A DNA stretch of 33,215 nt from Candidatus Nanoanaerosalina archaeon (GTDB taxonomy: Archaea > Nanohalarchaeota > Nanosalinia > Nanosalinales > Nanoanaerosalinaceae): the NCBI GenBank assembly GCA_022729275.1, contig JALDAH010000003.1, positions 1 to 33,215 of the forward strand, in the 5' to 3' direction. The notes under the pieces were generated by a model that was not told where the DNA came from, did no database searches, and saw nothing but the letters and a program-made list of their open reading frames with translations. Numbering within the stretch: position 1 is the first letter of the stretch; the number at the start of each line of letters is the position of its first letter. Of the stretch, positions 17,689-26,244 are shown in pieces. The position numbers were made by a program, and so were the translations under genes.

Positions 17689-17841
17689 ATGGAATGTGAT
17701 TACTGCAGTGATGAAGTGCCCAAGACATCTGGAAAGATGTTGGTGATGAACAGTGGCAAAAGATTATACTTTTGTTCCTCTAAATGTGAAAAGAACTGGA
17801 ATAAGGGCAGAAAACTTGGTTATACGGAAAGGGAGAAATAA
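17689..17841 (+). CDS. rpl24e: 50S ribosomal protein L24e (not in the supplied ORF track)
   Basis: Hand-translated MECDYCSDEVPKTSGKMLVMNSGKRLYFCSSKCEKNWNKGRKLGYTEREK; CxxC...FCSSKC TRASH motif; conserved order. Confidence 0.93.
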   Translation: MECDYCSDEVPKTSGKMLVMNSGKRLYFCSSKCEKNWNKGRKLGYTEREK

Positions 17842-17864
17842 ATATTCTCTCGTTTAACTTCAAT

Positions 17865-18017
17865 GCCCCGATAGTGTAGTCCGGCCAATCATCTCGGCCT
17901 TTCGAACACCAATCGGAAGAACTGAGCCATCTGTTTTTGCTCAAGACCGGATGGCGATGATCTTAAAAGAGCATGTAAAGATAGCCGAAGACCCGGGTTC
18001 AAATCCCGGTCGGGGCA
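17865..18017 (+). tRNA. tRNA-Glu(TTC) with 78-nt intron at 37/38; CCA not encoded
   Basis: Acceptor GCCCCGA/TCGGGGC, anticodon stem TCGGC/GCCGA, loop CT-TTC-G^A, T-arm CCGGG-TTCAAAT-CCCGG. Confidence 0.95.
17905..17982 (+). ncRNA. tRNA intron with a canonical bulge-helix-bulge and internal hairpin
   Basis: BHB: CTTT(17899-902) pairs with AAAG(17977-80), bulges CG^A and AT^A, outer ACA/TGT; internal stem GCCATCTG/CGGATGGC. Confidence 0.9.
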
Positions 18018-18177
18018 TAATATCCATCATTTTTATTTTCTGAACTGATCGAGTTATTAACATCCTTTTCCAATTTAATGATGTAGTCTCTAGATTTTTT
18101 CCGAACCAAGAACTGCTCAAAATCACAGGATTGTTACTATCAAAAAGTTATTAAATAACGCTGTTAAATTTTTGTTT

Positions 18178-18996
18178 ATGCTTGACAAAGCTTCTTTTTC
18201 AGGAAAGGTTACCAAATATTTAGGAGGTTTACTCACTGGAATAGGGCTCTTAGGAGCAGTTTTTACTGGAAATATTGTGGCAGAAGGTTCTGAAAATATA
18301 CATAAAATGGAAGAGAAGGAACAAATCGAGATGCATTATAAGGATAGAATAGATTATGGTAACGCTATAAATAACGGACTTGATCTGAAAACAGTATTTT
18401 TAGGAGATTCTAAGGATGTTTACTCCCTGATTTTTACGGAGATAGAGATTCCTTACAGGCTAGAAGTAATGGCGGATCAAAACTTTCGGAATCGTATAAA
18501 CGAGATAACAGAATATGCCTTTGAGGAGGCAGTTAATGAGATTTACACGCTGTATTTCACGGAGGTAGATGTATCGGATGTACCGGAATTTTTGGTGAAC
18601 TTGTACGCAACAGAAGAAAGGATAATGAACAACGCGGTAGATATAACCATGGATAGAGTTTATGATAATTATGCTATTGAGCTGAAGAGGGTTGATTCAA
18701 AAAAAGTAAACGGAATTTACAAGCAGAGTTTTGAAGGGATTTACGAGTTTGAAAGAGATATTAAGTTCAGAAGAGATGGCGAATTGCTTTTTTCAAGTGA
18801 AGACATGAAAATCGGGACAGATATATACACTTGGAGATCCGAAGAATCCGAAAATATCTATTCGATTGTACTGAATTACCCAAAGCAGGATTTGGTACTA
18901 AATAATTATTCTAGCAATTTGGGAAAGTCTTCTGAAATTATCGAGATTTACAAGGGAGTTGAAAAAGATCTTGAATCCCTGATAGAATCCCTTTAA
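18178..18996 (+). CDS. Hypothetical protein with N-terminal membrane anchor
   Basis: Long ORF with hydrophobic YLGGLLTGIGLLGAVFTG near the N-terminus; no recognised motif. Confidence 0.75.
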   Translation: MLDKASFSGKVTKYLGGLLTGIGLLGAVFTGNIVAEGSENIHKMEEKEQIEMHYKDRIDYGNAINNGLDLKTVFLGDSKDVYSLIFTEIEIPYRLEVMADQNFRNRINEITEYAFEEAVNEIYTLYFTEVDVSDVPEFLVNLYATEERIMNNAVDITMDRVYDNYAIELKRVDSKKVNGIYKQSFEGIYEFERDIKFRRDGELLFSSEDMKIGTDIYTWRSEESENIYSIVLNYPKQDLVLNNYSSNLGKSSEIIEIYKGVEKDLESLIESL

Positions 18997-19011
18997 TATA
19001 ACACTGTTATA
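18997..19011. promoter_or_regulatory. Palindromic operator-like box TATAACA-C-TGTTATA upstream of nucS
   Basis: Perfect 7-1-7 inverted repeat; TTATAAGATT TATA element at 19019-19028; identical copy upstream of lhr. Confidence 0.65.
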
Positions 19012-19049
19012 CTTTTTATTATAAGATTGAATCCTAAATATAGGTAGTT

Positions 19050-19838
19050 ATGGAAGAGTTTTTCAGTGATCCGTCACTTGACACTGTTGAAGAAGTGCTT
19101 TCAGAGTACATCTCAAGGCCTTTTTTAGTTATTGTTTCTGGAGACTGTTCTGTGAATTATCAGGGCAGAGCCAAGTCAAAGCTTGATGCCGGACAGAGGA
19201 TTTTGATGATTAAGCAGGATAATGCTTTGCTTGTACATGGACCTGAGAATTATCAGCCCAAGAACTGGCAGCCACAAACGGATGAGTTTGAAATTAGGAA
19301 GGAGTCCGGAAAACTGGTATTGGTCTCAAGAAGATTTAATCCGAAGGAAGTAGTTGAGATACGTTTTGATTCCGTTGAGATGATTTTTGTCACCAGACTT
19401 GTGGACGAGAGAGATCTTGTGGTGAGAGGTCATGAAGTTGATATACACGAAGCTATTGAGAGAGATCCTAGCATAGTTGAGGAGGGTTTATGTGTTATAG
19501 AAAGGGAGAAAGAGACGGATGCTGGGTTTATAGATGTTTTTGCTAGAGGAGATGAAAACGAACTTGTTGTCATCGAGGTCAAGAGAAACCCTGACCACAA
19601 CTCTGTTCTCCAGTTGTCCAGGTACATGGATGAGGTTGAAAAGGAGTTTCCATCTAGAAGACTAAGAGGGATACTTGTGGCTCCTAAAGCCTCTGAAAAC
19701 GTTATAAATTACCTTAAAAAGAGAGATCTGGAGTTCGTAGAAATAAAGATGGAGGATGTCATACCCTCCTATGAAAAGTTCGCTCAAAGCCAGTTAAGCC
19801 TTGGACAGTTCGGGAATTCCTATAAAAAAGGAGATTAA
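19050..19838 (+). CDS. nucS: Endonuclease NucS/EndoMS (mismatch-specific)
   Basis: CSVNYQGRAKS, KQDNALLVH, PKNWQP, E...GFIDV...VIEVKR...QLSRY, RGILVAP; C-terminal PIP-like QLSLGQF. Confidence 0.95.
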   Translation: MEEFFSDPSLDTVEEVLSEYISRPFLVIVSGDCSVNYQGRAKSKLDAGQRILMIKQDNALLVHGPENYQPKNWQPQTDEFEIRKESGKLVLVSRRFNPKEVVEIRFDSVEMIFVTRLVDERDLVVRGHEVDIHEAIERDPSIVEEGLCVIEREKETDAGFIDVFARGDENELVVIEVKRNPDHNSVLQLSRYMDEVEKEFPSRRLRGILVAPKASENVINYLKKRDLEFVEIKMEDVIPSYEKFAQSQLSLGQFGNSYKKGD

Positions 19839-19996
19839 CTGTCTTTTTCCTTCTTTCCTTTCTTGGAAATCTTGGTCCTGTCCACGAGCTGAGTCTTGAC
19901 TTTTTCCAGTATAACTATTGTTGTTGCAAGGTCAAAGTTCGAGTTTGTATTTATCTTTCCTTCTTCATCTACTTCGATCTCGATTTTTTGAGTCAT
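19835..19996 (-). CDS. Small hypothetical protein (53 aa, not in the ORF track)
   Basis: MTQKIEIEVDEEGKINTNSNFDLATTIVILEKVKTQLVDRTKISKKGKKEKDS; AGGA upstream; shares a TTAA stop overlap with nucS. Confidence 0.6.
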   Translation of the reverse strand: MTQKIEIEVDEEGKINTNSNFDLATTIVILEKVKTQLVDRTKISKKGKKEKDS

Positions 19997-20086
19997 CGTT
20001 ATCCTATAAAAATTCGTGTTTTAAGTTTAAGTAAATTGTATTTTAAGCCATTTTTTATAAACTAGTTCTTTCAAATTGTTTTTTAG

Positions 20087-20410
20087 GTGATAAAACTGCC
20101 TAAAGAAAGAAACCCTATACTTGTACTGGTATTCACGCTGATAACCTTTGGAATATATGGGATCTACTGGATGTATCAAGTATTCAAGCAGGTACTTGAC
20201 CAGGATGAGAGCCCGATTCTGTGGCTTTTAGGGATGATGGTTCCTATCCTTAACTTTGTGATCTTATGGAAATTCTGCCAAAAAGTAGAGGATTATTCAG
20301 GTGGAGAACACGATGGAATTATACTATTCATTCTCTATGTGGTATTCGCACCTGCAGCAATCATCTTAATCCAGATGGATCTGAACAAAGGACTAAAAAT
20401 GAAGGGTTAA
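20087..20410 (+). CDS. DUF4234-like membrane protein
   Basis: RNPILVLVFTLITFGIYGIYWMY...IQMDLN pattern; start GTG 20087, or CTG 20096 if GGTGA is the SD. Confidence 0.8.
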   Translation: MIKLPKERNPILVLVFTLITFGIYGIYWMYQVFKQVLDQDESPILWLLGMMVPILNFVILWKFCQKVEDYSGGEHDGIILFILYVVFAPAAIILIQMDLNKGLKMKG

Positions 20411-20499
20411 GCATCCCTTCATATTTTTTCTTATTTTTTTCCTTGACCAAAAACCTCCCATTCCTTTTTTATATGTATTCACGTAATAGTAGTATATCT

Positions 20500-21657
20500 A
20501 TGGATTATGATGGTGAATACTCAGAAAAAGAAGATATATTGTTACATCATATGCACTCGATGTCATCCTCTTATGGAGAAAAATTAGTTGAAGAAGATAT
20601 TAATGGAGAAAAAAGCTTTAATGATTTCATAGAGGACGTATACAAGGACGGTAAATTTGAAGGCAACCATTTCATAGATTATTTTCAGATAAGAAAGAGA
20701 GTTGATAAAGATCTTAATTTGATCTTTAATGATACAACACACCGCATTAAAGAGGATAAATCCTATGATTTTCTCTATGAAAAAGTTAAGGAGGAAAACG
20801 GAGAATTCAGAAAGTTCAACAGACATGTATACTTCGAAATAAATGGGAAGGAAGCAGCAGTCATAAACTCTTCAGAGGTAGAGGTATCTGATTTTGGACA
20901 TGAAAGAAGCCATTTCACGGTTACCGGACTTGAAATGGGTTACGAGGAATACAAGGACATGACTTTGGATCAACTCACAGACCTTGCAAAAGAAGCTGAA
21001 ATGACTTCTGTAGCTCATCCCTACATGCCATTCTTCCAAACCGGCAAAGAACTTTTGTATGGGTTTCTCGATGAGACAAAGAAAGGAGAGTTCAAAGCGG
21101 CAATAAATTATGCTAAAGGTTACTTCCCGCTTGGAAACAAATTGACGAGGGGAGAAATACAGAAATACAATCCACTAAAAAAGTTTATAGATAGTAAAAG
21201 TGAGAAACTACCAAACTTTTTAACCGAACAGCTGAGAATCGATGAGGATTTGAAGGAGTTAGCAAAAAAATACGATTTACCTCTTATACCCGAAATAGAT
21301 GGGCATTCGATGGTACCAAAAAAACTACAGGGGTCTGCTCTGCTAAAGGATTCTGCCATGAAAGAACTTAGAGAGGGAGAGTTTCCCATGGAAAAAATAT
21401 TTGATGTTGAATTGGTTGATTACGGCAAGAAAGGAATTTCGATCCCTGAGTTTGTAAGGATGTATTCAGAAGTTTTTCCAGGTATGAAATATGAGAAAGG
21501 TTCGAAGAAAGGTTTGAAGGAGAGAATACTTTCTCCTATATTCAACTACTATCCTGAAGAATACATAGAAGATTTCTACAAATCTCTCGAATCATTGAAA
21601 GATGTCAGTGTAGAAGACATCAGAGAGAATTCTTATGATATCATAAAAAATAATTAG
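20500..21657 (+). CDS. Divergent PHP-superfamily metallo-phosphoesterase-like protein
   Basis: LHHMHS (HxH), SEVEV, SHFTVTG, VAHPY, EIDGH (DxH); start reassigned to ATG 20500 about 30 nt after TTTATAT. Confidence 0.6.
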   Translation: MDYDGEYSEKEDILLHHMHSMSSSYGEKLVEEDINGEKSFNDFIEDVYKDGKFEGNHFIDYFQIRKRVDKDLNLIFNDTTHRIKEDKSYDFLYEKVKEENGEFRKFNRHVYFEINGKEAAVINSSEVEVSDFGHERSHFTVTGLEMGYEEYKDMTLDQLTDLAKEAEMTSVAHPYMPFFQTGKELLYGFLDETKKGEFKAAINYAKGYFPLGNKLTRGEIQKYNPLKKFIDSKSEKLPNFLTEQLRIDEDLKELAKKYDLPLIPEIDGHSMVPKKLQGSALLKDSAMKELREGEFPMEKIFDVELVDYGKKGISIPEFVRMYSEVFPGMKYEKGSKKGLKERILSPIFNYYPEEYIEDFYKSLESLKDVSVEDIRENSYDIIKNN

Positions 21658-21680
21658 TATTCAGGATTTAACGATATCCA

Positions 21681-21983
21681 TCAATTCATCCATTCCTTTA
21701 TATTCTCTTTTTTCATCATACCGATTTCCTGTCCCTTGACATCTCCTTTTTCCATCTTGATAAAAGTGGGAACAGATCTTATACCATAAGTATTTGTGAG
21801 GTTCTGTTCTTCACCTATGTTTACTTTTCCAAAGTTTATGTCCTCCATCTCCTCCGATGCTTCTTTGAAGACAGGTTTCATTTTTTTGCAAGGCGCACAC
21901 CAAGGAGCCCAGAAATCGATTATCCATTTACCATTCTTTGTCTCTTCTTCAAAATTTTTCTCTGTCAATTTTTTTACTGGCAT
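21681..21983 (-). CDS. trxA: Thioredoxin
   Basis: DFWAPWCAPCK, GIRSVPT; start ATG 21983. Confidence 0.95.
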   Translation of the reverse strand: MPVKKLTEKNFEEETKNGKWIIDFWAPWCAPCKKMKPVFKEASEEMEDINFGKVNIGEEQNLTNTYGIRSVPTFIKMEKGDVKGQEIGMMKKENIKEWMN

Positions 21984-22046
21984 GAAAAACAGATTTTGAT
22001 ATGAATTTTTTAACATTTTAGGTTGTGAAAAATCAAAACTTTTTAA

Positions 22047-22069
22047 AAAATATAACACTGTTATATTTT
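22047..22069. promoter_or_regulatory. Palindromic operator-like box AAAATATAACA-C-TGTTATATTTT upstream of lhr
   Basis: Perfect 11-1-11 inverted repeat; TTATAAGATT at 22078-22087; core identical to the nucS box. Confidence 0.65.
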
Positions 22070-22107
22070 GGATGTATTTATAAGATTTTGAAATAAATTG
22101 GGAGTCT

Positions 22108-24747
22108 ATGTCTAAAATATCTTTTGTAAGTGAACAAAAAGCGTCCGAGAAGCTGCCTGAGGGTTATGCACCATACGTAAGAGAGTGGTTTTACGAGAAT
22201 TTTGATTCTTTAACTCCTCCACAGAGATTTTCATTCGATCTGATTCATGAGGAGAAGAACAGTCTTATATGTGCGCCTACGGGAAGCGGAAAAACTATTT
22301 CAGCTTTTTTATCAACACTGAATGAGCTTTTTGTGAATGGTGGAAACGGCGAACTTGATGACAAGGTTTATGTTCTGTATGTATCTCCTCTCAGAGCGCT
22401 GAACAACGATATACAGAGGAATCTTAAGGAACCTCTTGAGGGTATAAAGAAAAAAGCAGAGGAGATGGGTTATGATATACCTGAAGTAAGGAGCGCAGTC
22501 AGAACAGGTGACACCACAAAGAAAGAAAGAAGGAATATGAGGGAGAAACCACCTCATATATTGATAACCACTCCGGAATCTTTGGGCATCATACTGAACT
22601 CTCCAAAGTTTAAAGAGAGTTTTAGAGATGTTAAATATGTTATAACCGATGAAATACACTCTATATGTGATAATAAGAGAGGAGTTCATCTTTCGATTTC
22701 CCTTGAAAGATTGGAGGAAATGGTTAACGGAAAATTTACCCGAATAGGTCTTTCAGCCACACAGGCACCTATAGAAGAAATAGCCAAGTACCTGGTTGGT
22801 TTCAAATGGGAAGGAGAAGAGCTCAAAACAAGAGGATGTAACATAGTGGACGTTGCTGCTTCAAAGATGATGGATCTAAACGTTGTGTCCCCTGTAGAAG
22901 ACCTGATATATTCCCGACCCGATGAGATAAGAGGAGAAGCATACAGAAAAATTCACAAAATGATTCAGGACCATGAGTCAACTCTTATATTCACAAATAC
23001 CAGGGCTGCAACTGAGAGAGTAGTAAATACTCTGAAAAACATGTACTCTGATTTTTATGATGAAAACATAGGTGCACATCACTCGTCCATGTCCAGAAAC
23101 AAGAGGTTCGAAGTAGAAGAAGCGCTAAAAAACGGAGATCTCAAAGTTGCGGTTACTTCAACATCTCTTGAACTCGGTATAGATGTGGGTTATATAGATC
23201 TTGTGATCCAGATGGGTTCTCCCAAAGGCGTTGCCAGAGGAGTTCAAAGGATTGGAAGATCCGGTCACAACCTGAACGAAGTAGCTAAAGGAAGAATGGT
23301 TGTGATGGACAGGGATGACGCTCTTGAATGCACAGTTTTACTTAAAGACGCCAAGGAGGACAATATGGACAGGGTCAGGATTCCAAAAAACTGCCTGGAC
23401 GTTCTCTCACAGCACATAGTTGGAATGGCTTGCAACAAGGTATGGGGTGTTGAAGAAGCCTTTGATGTTATAAGAAGATCTTATAACTATACAGAGCTTG
23501 GAGAAAAAGATTACAAAAAGGTGCTTGAATATGTGGCGGGAGAATATGCGGAACTGGAGGACCAATACGTTTATGGTAAGATATGGGTCGGAGAGGACAA
23601 TGATAACCCTGAAAGAACTGTTTTCGGTAGAAGAGGTAAAATGACACGTGTTATATACATGACCAATATAGGAACGATACCTGATGAATCCAGCTACCGT
23701 GTTGCTTTGAGAGGTAACGATGAAATAGTTGGTACACTTGATGAGGCGTTTTTGGACAGGTTGACAAAGGGAGATGTTTTTGTTCTGGGAGGCAGCACCT
23801 ACAGGTTTATTTATGCAAGAGGTATGAAAGTATTCGTGGATGCTGCACCCGACAGCAGTCCCACGGTTCCATCCTGGTACTCTGAGATGCTTCCGCTCTC
23901 ATACGACCTTGGTAAAAACATCGGTGAGTTCTGCGATAAGATATCCAGGCAGCTGGAGATGGGTTTTGGAGAAGATGAAATCGTCAATTGGATTTTCTCA
24001 AACTACTATGTTGACGAAAACTCCGCAAAAGCTATTTTTTCGTACGTCAAAGAGCAGTATGATTACATGGGATTTGTGCCTTCCGACAAGAAGATTTTTG
24101 TGGAAAAATACGTGGATGATGACAACAGGTTGAACGTTGTTTTCCACACCATATTTGGTAGGGAGGTCAACGATGCTCTTTGCAGGGTTATGGCAAACAT
24201 AGTCTCAAAAGAAGTTGGTTCCAACATTGGTATGGTTGTTGATGACCACGGATTCGTTCTTAACTGTCCCAGAAGACCTGTGGATTACAGAAAGTTGGTT
24301 GACAGGTTGACAGAGGTCGATCTTAGAGCTGTTCTAAAGGATGCTGTCAGGAGAACTGAGCTGATGAAAAGACGTTTCAGACATGTTGCAGGGAGAGCAT
24401 TGATGATTCTGAGGAATTACAAGGGCAAGTCAAAAACCGTTGGACAGCAACAGATGAAGTCGCACTTCCTTTTGGCTGCATGTGAGAAAGTTGACAAGGA
24501 TTTTCCACTTGTGGAGGAAACATATAGAGAGATTATGGAGGATGCTATGGACGTTATACATGCGGAAGAAGTGGTTGAAGGCATAAAAAATGGCGGGATA
24601 GAGGTAGTTGTAAAAGAAAATGATGTTCCATCTCCTTTCGCTCATTCTCTTGTTTTGCAGGGGCAGTCAGATGTTATAAGGTTAGGTGATAGAAAAGAAA
24701 GGCTTAGACAGCTGCATGAACAGGTTCTTGCAAGGATAGAGGAATGA
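22108..24747 (+). CDS. lhr: ATP-dependent helicase Lhr (SF2, archaeal Lhr-core)
   Basis: APTGSGKT, SPLRAL, DEIH, GLSAT, HHSS, SLELGID, QRIGRSGH, NIGTIPD, PSWYSE. Confidence 0.95.
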   Translation: MSKISFVSEQKASEKLPEGYAPYVREWFYENFDSLTPPQRFSFDLIHEEKNSLICAPTGSGKTISAFLSTLNELFVNGGNGELDDKVYVLYVSPLRALNNDIQRNLKEPLEGIKKKAEEMGYDIPEVRSAVRTGDTTKKERRNMREKPPHILITTPESLGIILNSPKFKESFRDVKYVITDEIHSICDNKRGVHLSISLERLEEMVNGKFTRIGLSATQAPIEEIAKYLVGFKWEGEELKTRGCNIVDVAASKMMDLNVVSPVEDLIYSRPDEIRGEAYRKIHKMIQDHESTLIFTNTRAATERVVNTLKNMYSDFYDENIGAHHSSMSRNKRFEVEEALKNGDLKVAVTSTSLELGIDVGYIDLVIQMGSPKGVARGVQRIGRSGHNLNEVAKGRMVVMDRDDALECTVLLKDAKEDNMDRVRIPKNCLDVLSQHIVGMACNKVWGVEEAFDVIRRSYNYTELGEKDYKKVLEYVAGEYAELEDQYVYGKIWVGEDNDNPERTVFGRRGKMTRVIYMTNIGTIPDESSYRVALRGNDEIVGTLDEAFLDRLTKGDVFVLGGSTYRFIYARGMKVFVDAAPDSSPTVPSWYSEMLPLSYDLGKNIGEFCDKISRQLEMGFGEDEIVNWIFSNYYVDENSAKAIFSYVKEQYDYMGFVPSDKKIFVEKYVDDDNRLNVVFHTIFGREVNDALCRVMANIVSKEVGSNIGMVVDDHGFVLNCPRRPVDYRKLVDRLTEVDLRAVLKDAVRRTELMKRRFRHVAGRALMILRNYKGKSKTVGQQQMKSHFLLAACEKVDKDFPLVEETYREIMEDAMDVIHAEEVVEGIKNGGIEVVVKENDVPSPFAHSLVLQGQSDVIRLGDRKERLRQLHEQVLARIEE

Positions 24748-24748
24748 A

Positions 24749-25372
24749 CTAGTTTTTGATTTCTATGGTCGTGACTCCGTCCTCATCTCTCCCGGTGTTG
24801 ACAATGTTTAGGTTTGTGGACCTCCTTATGCTTTCCTCTCCTTCAAGGTTGATATCATCCTTATCGTATCTAAGTATCGTTCTTATTATTTTACTTTCTA
24901 CAAGCCTGTTAACGAAGTTGGGGTTCGCGTATCTGAAAATATCTGGATTATTATGATAACCCTCGCCTATGTTTTCTTTCCTGTTCTCTATATCTTGGTA
25001 GGTTCCTCTGCTGAATGGTAGCAAAAATTCAGCCGAAGGTGTTTCTTGACTGATTTTTTGGGTCATACTTGATTCCACGGACTCGCTTATATCGTATTCA
25101 AGTCTTTGAAAATTTCCAAAATTTACTATGCCAGCCACTATATCTGTTTGAGATGCTGTCTGAGATACTATGTAAGGGTATTCAAGATCTGTTTCTTCTC
25201 CATAACCATCGACCTCTTCTCCTTCCACATATTCTTCTGTTTCTCCTTCATCAGGTATATTCCATTCCATCCTAAGTGTGACATTGTCTATCTGTTCGGG
25301 TACAGATATAGCTGTGGAGAAAAGTAAGACTGCTACAAACATTAAAGACCATGTTTTCAAGATTTTTTCCAT
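24749..25372 (-). CDS. Hypothetical secreted protein
   Basis: Signal peptide MEKILKTWSLMFVAVLLFSTAIS; acidic body. Confidence 0.75.
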   Translation of the reverse strand: MEKILKTWSLMFVAVLLFSTAISVPEQIDNVTLRMEWNIPDEGETEEYVEGEEVDGYGEETDLEYPYIVSQTASQTDIVAGIVNFGNFQRLEYDISESVESSMTQKISQETPSAEFLLPFSRGTYQDIENRKENIGEGYHNNPDIFRYANPNFVNRLVESKIIRTILRYDKDDINLEGEESIRRSTNLNIVNTGRDEDGVTTIEIKN

Positions 25373-25434
25373 ATATCTATTTATGTTTTAGTTCTGTTAT
25401 TGTTTAAATTTATCTTTTTTTCAAATCTTTTTTT

Positions 25435-26190
25435 ATGGAGAGAATTTACAGAATTCTGTTCGCCTGTTTTTTTATACTGGGAGTGTTTTCACTGTTATTT
25501 TCAGAGTTATTTGAGTTATCCTCGGATAGTATAGATGTTGAAGAAGCTTCTATAAAAAGAGTGATAGATGGCGATACTGTTGTGTTAGAAGACGGTGAGA
25601 GAGTGAGACTTTTAGGTTTTGACAGTGAAGAAGAAGGAGAGGAGTGTTTTGAACCCGCAACGGAATATTTGAAAGAACTATTAGAATGTGATGATGTCGA
25701 ACTCGTTCATCAGGGTGAGAGGAACAGGGATTATTACGGAAGATTGTTAAGGTATATTTTTCAGGATGGGATAAATATCAACAAGAAGATGGTCAAAGGA
25801 GGACATGGAGTGGTGGTTCTGGGAGATGAAAACGATGAATACATAACGGAGATGATAGAAGCAGAAGAATACGCTTGGAGAAATAAAGCTGGTTGTTTAT
25901 GGAGTGAAAGAAAATTTAAAAATGTATGCGACGCTGATAATTATGTTGGCGAATGGAACATATTTGAAGGGAAGATAAAAGAAATACACAGTTTTGAGAC
26001 CGGATTTTTCATTAATTTTGGATCCGAATATCCTGATAACTGTTTCTCAGCAGTTATATGGGATGAAGAGGTGTTTGAAAAAAGTCAATTGAGAGAAGAA
26101 TCAGAAATCAAATTACACGGCGAGGTTGAAACTTACAGGGAAGAACCTCAGATAGTTGTTGACAGGAAGAGCCAGTTAATGATTAAATAA
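25435..26190 (+). CDS. Membrane-anchored thermonuclease (SNase) with C-terminal OB-fold
   Basis: N-terminal TM, RVIDGDT, RLLGFDSEE, DYYGRLLRY, GCLW; C-terminal FINFG...FSAVIW...YREEPQI. Confidence 0.9.
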   Translation: MERIYRILFACFFILGVFSLLFSELFELSSDSIDVEEASIKRVIDGDTVVLEDGERVRLLGFDSEEEGEECFEPATEYLKELLECDDVELVHQGERNRDYYGRLLRYIFQDGININKKMVKGGHGVVVLGDENDEYITEMIEAEEYAWRNKAGCLWSERKFKNVCDADNYVGEWNIFEGKIKEIHSFETGFFINFGSEYPDNCFSAVIWDEEVFEKSQLREESEIKLHGEVETYREEPQIVVDRKSQLMIK

Positions 26191-26244
26191 ACAACTTTTT
26201 GTTTCTCCTGAAACCGAAATCAAATCAATCACAGAAGTTTTCGT

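Noticed and set aside
17941-18126. 61-aa minus-strand ORF
   Set aside because: Antisense to the tRNA (MPRPGFEPGS is the typical tRNA shadow)
20266-20499. N-terminal extension of the 463-aa ORF
   Set aside because: It overlaps the DUF4234 gene and its T-rich terminator; a TATA plus ATG at 20500 gives a better start
18018-21657. Possible element integrated at tRNA-Glu
   Set aside because: No integrase and no duplicated tRNA 3' end seen; nucS and neighbours look chromosomal
25394-25401. CTGTTAT half-site of the nucS/lhr palindrome before the thermonuclease
   Set aside because: Only one half-site, as expected by chance in AT-rich DNA
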